Positions 57,783 through 64,000 of a stretch of 64,000 nucleotides of DNA are shown piece by piece. The position numbers and the translations under genes were made by a program. Positions within the stretch are counted from its first letter, which is position 1, and each line of letters starts with the position of its first letter. The stretch covers positions 1,216,001 to 1,280,000 of the forward strand of contig CAXXQS010000002.1 in NCBI GenBank assembly GCA_963674735.2. The letters run 5' to 3'. This DNA comes from Myxococcota bacterium (GTDB lineage: Bacteria > Myxococcota_A > SURF-8). The notes beneath the pieces were generated by a model that was not told the origin of the DNA, did no database searches, and saw nothing but the letters and a program-made list of their open reading frames with translations.

Positions 57783-57881
57783 AAACCGTTTCTTATTCGG
57801 TATTTTCGCGGGGGAAAGCTTGTCGGTGGGCGTCGTCTTGCGGTATGATAACCGCCACATGGAAAAAGGACGAGGAATGCC

Positions 57882-58958
57882 GTGGAAACCCCGCTGTTGA
57901 CCCGAAATGCCAAATTGCTGCTGATTGGGCTGGTTATCGCTGCTGCGGTGCTCTATCTGCTTCGTGGGATCGTTGCACCGGTGGCTTTTTCCTTCCTGCT
58001 GGCCTATTTTCTGGATCCCCTGGTCGATCGTCTGGAGGCGCGCAAGCTCTCGCGCAGCCTTTCCATCGTTTTGATTCTGGTGGCGGCGCTGCTGGCTATC
58101 GGACTGTTTTTATTGATTCTTCTGCCGTTGCTTAAGCTGCAGATCGGGCAATTTGCCGCGCGTCTTCCGGGATTGGTCGATGGTGTCGAGGGCCGAATTG
58201 CGCCGTGGCTGGAGCAAACCTTCGGAGTCAAAGCTTCTGTCCTCCTGGACCAATCCACAACCCAAATCGGGAGTTGGTTGCATGGTTTGACGGCGGGTGA
58301 TATGGCCCCTGTGACAGAAGTTCTGGCCCGCTTTTCAAGTGGAACGGTTTCACTGGTGATGGCGGTTGTATCGGCTGCGGTCATTCCGGTGTTTCTGTTC
58401 TATTTCCTGCGCGATTTCGATACGTTGAAACTGATCCCGCTCGAATATGTTCCACCTCGGTATACGGATTGGGTGGTGGAGTTATTTTGCGAAATCGACG
58501 AAACGCTCGCCGGTTTCGTGCGTGGGCAGGTCACGGTTTGCTTGCTTTTAAGCGGACTTTACGGGGTGGGCTTTTTCATTGCCGGCGTGCCGCTGGGGTT
58601 GCCGATCGGTATCCTGGCCGGACTGGTGGCGTTTGTTCCGTATCTCGGAGCGGTGTTCGGGGTCGGGGTCTCGGTTATAATGATTTTGCTTGATTGGCAG
58701 GGATTTGGGCCGCTGATCGGTCTGGGGATCGTTTTCGCGCTGGTGCAGACCCTCGAATCTTTTATCCTCACTCCTCGGATTGTCGGCGGCAAGGTCGGAT
58801 TGTCGCCGGTGGCCGTGATTGTCGCGTTGATGGTGGGCGGCCAGTTGCTCGGTTTTGCGGGTATTCTCGTGGCGGTTCCGGCGGCGGCGGTCGTAAAGAT
58901 TCTGTGGCGGCGGTCGGCTGCCCGTTACCGCGAAAGCGCCTTTTTCTCCGGAGGCTAA
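57882..58958 (+). CDS. AI-2E (PerM-like) family transporter
   Basis: LAYFLDPLV, FYFLRD, VRGQ, FVPYLG, PRIVG..VGLSP and AVP. Confidence 0.92.
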   Translation: METPLLTRNAKLLLIGLVIAAAVLYLLRGIVAPVAFSFLLAYFLDPLVDRLEARKLSRSLSIVLILVAALLAIGLFLLILLPLLKLQIGQFAARLPGLVDGVEGRIAPWLEQTFGVKASVLLDQSTTQIGSWLHGLTAGDMAPVTEVLARFSSGTVSLVMAVVSAAVIPVFLFYFLRDFDTLKLIPLEYVPPRYTDWVVELFCEIDETLAGFVRGQVTVCLLLSGLYGVGFFIAGVPLGLPIGILAGLVAFVPYLGAVFGVGVSVIMILLDWQGFGPLIGLGIVFALVQTLESFILTPRIVGGKVGLSPVAVIVALMVGGQLLGFAGILVAVPAAAVVKILWRRSAARYRESAFFSGG

Positions 58959-58959
58959 A

Positions 58960-60033
58960 ATGCGCCGGGTCAAATTGGTAGTCTCGGATTTTCATGTGGG
59001 GGCGGGTCGTCGTTATTCCGACGGGTCGCTAAACACGATGGAAAATTTCGTGTTCGATGAGCGCTTCATCGATTTTATCGAGTACTACTCCACCGGGGAT
59101 TACACCAACGCCGAAGTCGAGTTGATCATCAACGGGGACTTCTTCAATCTTATCCAGATCGAGGTGGACGGTCGAACCCCTTCCGATATCACGGAAGATT
59201 TGGGTACCCGGCAGATGCGGCAGGTGCTGGACGGCCATCCGATGCTGTTTGACGCCTTGCAGACATTCGCGGAACTCCCCGGGAAGACCATCGTTTTCAC
59301 CATCGGCAATCATGATGCCGCCTTGATCTGGCCGCGCGTCAAGAACCTGCTCCAAAAACGCTTGGGTGAACAGGTGCGGATCGTCAACCGGACCTACGTT
59401 TTCGATGATGTGGCGGTGGAACACGGCGACCGCTACGATCCGGTGCATGCCGTCGATCCCAAGCTGCCGTTTTTATCTCGCGGACTTAAGGAGCCCATCT
59501 TGAATCTACCCTGGGCCAGCTATTTCTTCATCCACTTTGTGCGCAAATTGAAGAACAAACGCGGTTATATCGATATGGTGAAACCGTTCCGAACCTACCT
59601 GACCTGGGCGGCCATGTTTGATTTTTCGTTCTTTTTCGTCACCATTATGCGCTTGATCTTTTTTGTGTCGGGATCGATTCTGTTCGGTCGCGTTGGGCAT
59701 AAACGCTTCGGTTTCGGCGTGATTGTTATGCTGATTCGCGCAATGGGGCACGATCCGGAGCTTAAGGCGGCCAAACGCATTTTGAGTCGCGGTACGGTGA
59801 ACACGGTGATTTTCGGTCATACCCACCAACCACGGGTCCGTCAACTGGGCCCCGGCCGCCAGATGATCAACACGGGTTGCTGGAACGGCGTTACCCATCT
59901 CGATATCGAGGGTTATGGTTTTCAGACTCTGCTCACGTATGGATTGCTGGAGTGGCACGAGGATCGTTGGTTGACGACGCTTCGGGCCTGGAAAGGCCGC
60001 GCCCGGCCTTACGAAGATTTCATCGGTGGGTGA
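58960..60033 (+). CDS. calcineurin-like metallophosphoesterase
   Basis: SDFH, NGDFF, GNHD, EHG, FGHTH and NTG.W. Confidence 0.88.
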   Translation: MRRVKLVVSDFHVGAGRRYSDGSLNTMENFVFDERFIDFIEYYSTGDYTNAEVELIINGDFFNLIQIEVDGRTPSDITEDLGTRQMRQVLDGHPMLFDALQTFAELPGKTIVFTIGNHDAALIWPRVKNLLQKRLGEQVRIVNRTYVFDDVAVEHGDRYDPVHAVDPKLPFLSRGLKEPILNLPWASYFFIHFVRKLKNKRGYIDMVKPFRTYLTWAAMFDFSFFFVTIMRLIFFVSGSILFGRVGHKRFGFGVIVMLIRAMGHDPELKAAKRILSRGTVNTVIFGHTHQPRVRQLGPGRQMINTGCWNGVTHLDIEGYGFQTLLTYGLLEWHEDRWLTTLRAWKGRARPYEDFIGG

Positions 60034-60037
60034 GCTG

Positions 60038-60538
60038 TCAGTCTGTTGTGGCCTTCTCGGGGGACTTCGGGGGAGCATCGCCGCGTAACGCACGCAGCAT
60101 CGCCATCAGTTGCGGAGTATAGACGCCGGAGGAATAGAGCATCAGCGCTTTTTGGATGTGCGTCCGCGCCTCGTCCAGACGTTGTTGCATCAGCAGAATG
60201 CGCGCCTTGAGATAATAAGCCTTCTCGGCGGCGGCGCCTTGGGTCGTGGCCAGAAAAGAGTCGAGGTCGGCGAGCGCCGGACCCAACTGTCCTTCCGCCA
60301 TCTTTTGGCTGACTCCTTTGTAAAAAGTCTCGATGGCGTCGACCCGAACCGGCATAGGGGAGTCGGGCGACTTGTGCAAGGCGACGGCTTTTTTCGGACC
60401 GGCCTGGGGGATATACGGCTCTTCAAGATCGAATTCGTGTTCATCCACCGTGACGACCTCACAGGCTCCGAGCGCCGCGACGACGGCGAGCCAGAATCCG
60501 ATCAGCGCGAGTCGATTGAGCAGGGGTGAAAAGGTCAT
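60038..60538 (-). CDS. TPR-like lipoprotein
   Basis: Lipobox LGAC; helical TPR-like C-terminus; GGAGG RBS. Confidence 0.75.
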   Translation of the reverse strand: MTFSPLLNRLALIGFWLAVVAALGACEVVTVDEHEFDLEEPYIPQAGPKKAVALHKSPDSPMPVRVDAIETFYKGVSQKMAEGQLGPALADLDSFLATTQGAAAEKAYYLKARILLMQQRLDEARTHIQKALMLYSSGVYTPQLMAMLRALRGDAPPKSPEKATTD

Positions 60539-60696
60539 AACCGGTAGCCTCCTTGTGCGCTTACGCTATGCGATCATGGGCGGACTGTCAACTTTCGCCG
60601 AGCGGCGGCATTCATTTTTTGACAAAGGGCGTCACCGGGTGCCAAGATAACCGGGGCTAAGGGGTCGATCGCGATTAATCTGAAGGAGACGAGTGA

Positions 60697-61968
60697 ATGC
60701 GATGGAGGAGCATGATGCCGGCGGGGGTGATTCGGGGGCTCGGCCTCGGGGTCGGCCTGTGGGTTTTTGCTGCTTTGAGTTTCGCTTCACCCGTGTCGGC
60801 CTTCTTCGCTCACGAAAGCGAACGGGGCGGGTTGGAGATGCGCGCGGTGGTGGATGCCGCCGTTACCGCCGGACGCAATCCGACGCCCCGCGAACTCTAT
60901 CCCTCGGCCGCCGACGGCCAGGGTTCGACCACCTTGCGTCTGTTGATGGATGCCGATATGGGTGAGGCGGCGCGTTTTCGTTTGAACGCCTACCAAGGGC
61001 TGCGTCTGACTACGGAGAGCCGGTCCCTCTTTTCCGGTGATGGCGGTGCGTACCGCAGTACGTATCTGGATGTGGACTGGTCGGAGGATGCGGACGTTAA
61101 AATGCCTCTGGCTGTGGATGAACTGGTGTTTAAATTCGCAGCCGACCGGATGGATATCGCCGTGGGTCGACAAGCGGTCGGGTTGGCCGTCAATATGATT
61201 TTCACCCCCAACGATATCTTCTACGCGTTTTCGCCCGATGCGCTCGATCGGGCCTTTCGTCCCGGTGTGGATGCGGCGCGAGTGGATGTGCGTATCACCG
61301 ATCTTTCGCAGATCACCCTGCTGGGTGTGATGGGTTACGATGACGAGGATATCCCGGACTGGGAAAACTCCGCTACCTTGCTGCGCGCCAGCGTCAACGT
61401 GGATAACACCGACCTGATTGCGCTTGGCGGCAAAGCGGCTGGCCGTTACCTGGTGGGTGGAGGTCTTATCGGCGAACTGAAGGGAGCCGGGCTGCGTGCC
61501 GAGGGCAACGTCTCGATTCCTTCCGATGATTCGGAGGATGTTTACGGCCAGGTGGCGGGCGGGGTGGACTATCGCTGGCCCAACACGTTTTATCTGGTGG
61601 TGGAGTACTATTATCACGGCAATGGCGTCGGCGACCCCGATGAGTATCTGGGCCGCATGACGGATGATGCGTTTCTTCTCGATCCCTATTTGGGAGAACA
61701 TTACCTGGGAGTGTCGCTCAGCGGCGAGGTGCATCCGTTGGTTACGTTGCAAGGAGTGCTGATCGGCAATTTACTCGATCCGTCGCTGCTGGTGTCGTCG
61801 GGGGTGACCTATTCGGCGGCGGACGAAGTGGAATTGATCGCCTCGGCCGTTTTACCCATCGGACGCTGGCCGACCCTCGAACGTCCCGCGCGCATGCTGC
61901 CGCAGTTGCGTTCCGAATACGGGGCGTATCCTTTCTCTTTGTTCATTCAAACGCGGGTCTATTTTTAG
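60697..61968 (+). CDS. putative outer-membrane beta-barrel protein
   Basis: Signal peptide; GRQ, F.PNDIF and RPGVDA motifs; terminal TRVYF. Start may be 60712 or 60715. Confidence 0.75.
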   Translation: MRWRSMMPAGVIRGLGLGVGLWVFAALSFASPVSAFFAHESERGGLEMRAVVDAAVTAGRNPTPRELYPSAADGQGSTTLRLLMDADMGEAARFRLNAYQGLRLTTESRSLFSGDGGAYRSTYLDVDWSEDADVKMPLAVDELVFKFAADRMDIAVGRQAVGLAVNMIFTPNDIFYAFSPDALDRAFRPGVDAARVDVRITDLSQITLLGVMGYDDEDIPDWENSATLLRASVNVDNTDLIALGGKAAGRYLVGGGLIGELKGAGLRAEGNVSIPSDDSEDVYGQVAGGVDYRWPNTFYLVVEYYYHGNGVGDPDEYLGRMTDDAFLLDPYLGEHYLGVSLSGEVHPLVTLQGVLIGNLLDPSLLVSSGVTYSAADEVELIASAVLPIGRWPTLERPARMLPQLRSEYGAYPFSLFIQTRVYF

Positions 61969-61986
61969 CGGAAAGGACAGACGACG

Positions 61987-63087
61987 ATGAAGTTCGTCGA
62001 TGAAGTGATTATCCATGTGGAAGCCGGGGCCGGGGGAAACGGCTGTATGTCGTTCAGACGAGAAAAGTACGCCCCGCGTGGCGGGCCCGACGGTGGCGAT
62101 GGCGGCGGCGGCGGCGATGTCGTCCTGGTGGGCGATCCGGGTATTTCCACCTTGCTCGACCTGCGCTACAACCAGCATCAGCGCGCCAAGCACGGTGTCC
62201 ACGGCAAGGGCAAGCAGATGACCGGTGCGCGTTCCAAGGATAAGCTGGTGCGTGTGCCGCTGGGAACGATCGCCTCGGATGCCGAAACCGGTGAGGTGCT
62301 GGGCGAGGTTCTCGAAATCAACGAACGCCTGCGCGTGGCCAAAGGTGGACGCGGCGGGCGCGGCAACCTGCGTTTCGTTTCCTCCGTCAATCGCGCGCCG
62401 CGGCGAGCCGATCCGGGTGAGCCGGGTGAAGCGCGGCGTGTGCGTCTGGAACTCAAGCTGCTGGCCGATGTGGGTTTGGTGGGCTTCCCCAATGCGGGAA
62501 AGAGCACGCTGATTTCGGCCTTGTCGGCGGCGCGACCCAAAATCGCCGATTATCCCTTTACCACACTGGTTCCCAATCTGGGCGTGGTGCGCACGAAATC
62601 GGGATTCAGCTTCGTGATGGCCGACATTCCGGGACTGATCGAAGGAGCCAGCGACGGCGCGGGCATGGGGATTCAATTCTTGCGCCACGTGGAGCGTTGT
62701 TCGGTCCTGGCCTTCTTGCTGGACTTTTCGACGGACCGTGAGAGCAGTCCATTGGAAGACTACCGGGTGCTCTGTAGCGAATTGGAACGCTTCGCCCCCG
62801 AGATGCTCAAAAAACCACGGGTGGTGGGGCTCAACAAAATGGACCTCAATCCCGACCCCGAGCAGGTCGAAGAAATCCGCGCTTTTTTCGCCCAGGCCGA
62901 TGTGCCTTTCACCGAGATTTCGGCGGCAACGCGCCGCCAGATCGACGACTTGGTGATGCTACTCGACATGCAGATCCCGCGACCGGTGGAGGTTGACCAC
63001 CAATTGGAATTGGGGACTCCGCTGCATAAGCTACCCGGCGCGCAACCGAACGATTCGGTTGACGATGAAGATGAAGGAGAAGAGTAG
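61987..63087 (+). CDS. obgE: GTPase Obg/CgtA
   Basis: Gly-rich Obg fold (FRREKYAPRGGPDGGDGG), GFPNAGKST, ADYPFTT, DIPG and NKMD. Confidence 0.97.
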   Translation: MKFVDEVIIHVEAGAGGNGCMSFRREKYAPRGGPDGGDGGGGGDVVLVGDPGISTLLDLRYNQHQRAKHGVHGKGKQMTGARSKDKLVRVPLGTIASDAETGEVLGEVLEINERLRVAKGGRGGRGNLRFVSSVNRAPRRADPGEPGEARRVRLELKLLADVGLVGFPNAGKSTLISALSAARPKIADYPFTTLVPNLGVVRTKSGFSFVMADIPGLIEGASDGAGMGIQFLRHVERCSVLAFLLDFSTDRESSPLEDYRVLCSELERFAPEMLKKPRVVGLNKMDLNPDPEQVEEIRAFFAQADVPFTEISAATRRQIDDLVMLLDMQIPRPVEVDHQLELGTPLHKLPGAQPNDSVDDEDEGEE

Positions 63088-63090
63088 ACG

Positions 63091-63681
63091 CTACTCGTTC
63101 ATGCCGTTCAGGCAATCCTGAAAACCGGCGCAATCGGCGACATCCAGACAGACGAAAAGATCGGTCGCGATTTCGTCGGCTTCCTCACAAGCCATGCGGC
63201 AGGACGTGTTCCAGCTTTCGTCGAGGGAGCCGCTGGTGTCGCATTCCCACATACGATCGCACATTTCCTTGCAAGCCATGCGTTCGGTCGCGTCCGTGCC
63301 ATCTCCGTCGCTGTCGTCATCCATGCAGGCAACGAAGGCATCCTCTTCATCGGAGCAGGCTTCCATGGCGGCGGTGAAGACTTCGCCGTCGGTTTCACAG
63401 AAATCGGATTCGTCCACCTGATCGTACACGCAATTGAAACCGGTGATGTACTCATCATCGCAGCCAAATTCCGCGTAGGTGTCCAGGGCATCCTGGCAGC
63501 TTTCGAGGCAGGCGTCCATGTCGAAGTTCGTTTCGCCTTGGTCTTCGACGCAGAGTTGGCCGATATTACAGTTCGTGGTGCACAGATCGCCGCCGTTCTC
63601 ATCGTCGCAGGCATTGATGAACAGCAGCGTGGTGGCCAGTAAAAGACTTAAAAACACAAAACGACTGGACTGTGACATCAC
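63091..63681 (-). CDS. acidic Cys-rich lipoprotein with two CxxxCx5C modules
   Basis: AAGGAG RBS; lipobox INAC; repeated Cys spacing. Confidence 0.8.
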   Translation of the reverse strand: MMSQSSRFVFLSLLLATTLLFINACDDENGGDLCTTNCNIGQLCVEDQGETNFDMDACLESCQDALDTYAEFGCDDEYITGFNCVYDQVDESDFCETDGEVFTAAMEACSDEEDAFVACMDDDSDGDGTDATERMACKEMCDRMWECDTSGSLDESWNTSCRMACEEADEIATDLFVCLDVADCAGFQDCLNGMNE

Positions 63682-63846
63682 CGACTCCTTTCACCGGGAT
63701 GCGGGGTGCCCGGCATTGTAAACGGACGGATGTAAAAACGATGGATCGAAAATAGCATACTTGAACGGAATCGGCAACGCAGATTGAACGGCAGAACACT
63801 TCTTTCTGTTAGAGGCGTCGTCTCTCCCCCGAGTCGATGGGTTTAC

Positions 63847-63999
63847 CTAGAAGCTGACTCCGGCGTTGATGACAATCGCCCAGCGCTCTTCACCCAAGTT
63901 GTTGTCGGTGTCTGGGTAGACGCGGATACGCACGCCCAGACCCGCCTGGAACATGCCCATGCGGTAGAAGACGCCCGGCGTGACATAGATGTAGGTTTC
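63847..63999 (-). CDS. 3' end of an outer-membrane beta-barrel-like protein truncated by the window edge
   Basis: Open frame ...VTPGVFYRMGMFQAGLGVRIRV...WAIVINAGVSF* with a terminal Phe beta-signal. Confidence 0.6.
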   Translation of the reverse strand, partial: ETYIYVTPGVFYRMGMFQAGLGVRIRVYPDTDNNLGEERWAIVINAGVSF

Positions 64000-64000
64000 C

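Noticed and set aside
1-64000. A complete DGR, retron or other mobile element within the window
   Set aside because: No reverse transcriptase, Avd, template repeat, transposase or integrase was recognised; only a candidate DGR target is reported.

Overview
GC-rich bacterial chromosome segment whose gene content (ECF sigma/FecR pair, Cys-rich lipoproteins, PEGA protein, sigma54 activator) suggests a Deltaproteobacteria/Myxococcota-like lineage; this is inference only. Housekeeping blocks: a ramB-type regulator divergent from aceB-aceA (glyoxylate shunt), kdsB-kdsA, rimP-nusA-ylxR/L7Ae-infB-rbfA-DHH, RDD-smc-ftsY, a ferredoxin and obg. These are interspersed with many surface and lipoprotein genes. 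Most notable: (1) a stand-alone 137-aa His-Xaa-Ser repeat peptide (17 HxS triplets plus one HAG, ending in Trp) with its own promoter, structured 5' leader and terminator, lying about 14.5 kb from a tandem pair of radical SAM enzymes that sits between wecB and a GT-C glycosyltransferase/flippase, suggesting a split HxS-type RiPP or surface-modification system; (2) a consensus sigma54 promoter with upstream inverted-repeat enhancer candidates that drives an ORF-less, structured, terminator-ended transcript of about 370 nt directly behind a sigma54 activator gene (candidate sRNA); (3) a lipoprotein of about 1830 aa with 159-bp tandem repeats and three C-type-lectin-fold domains (FGE-sulfatase plus two DUF1566), one with a DGR variable-region-like codon pattern, although no reverse transcriptase or template repeat is seen in the window; (4) a hairpin-dense element of about 300 bp between convergent genes. 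No rRNA, tRNA, CRISPR array or transposase was recognised. All product calls come from reading motifs by eye, not from database searches.
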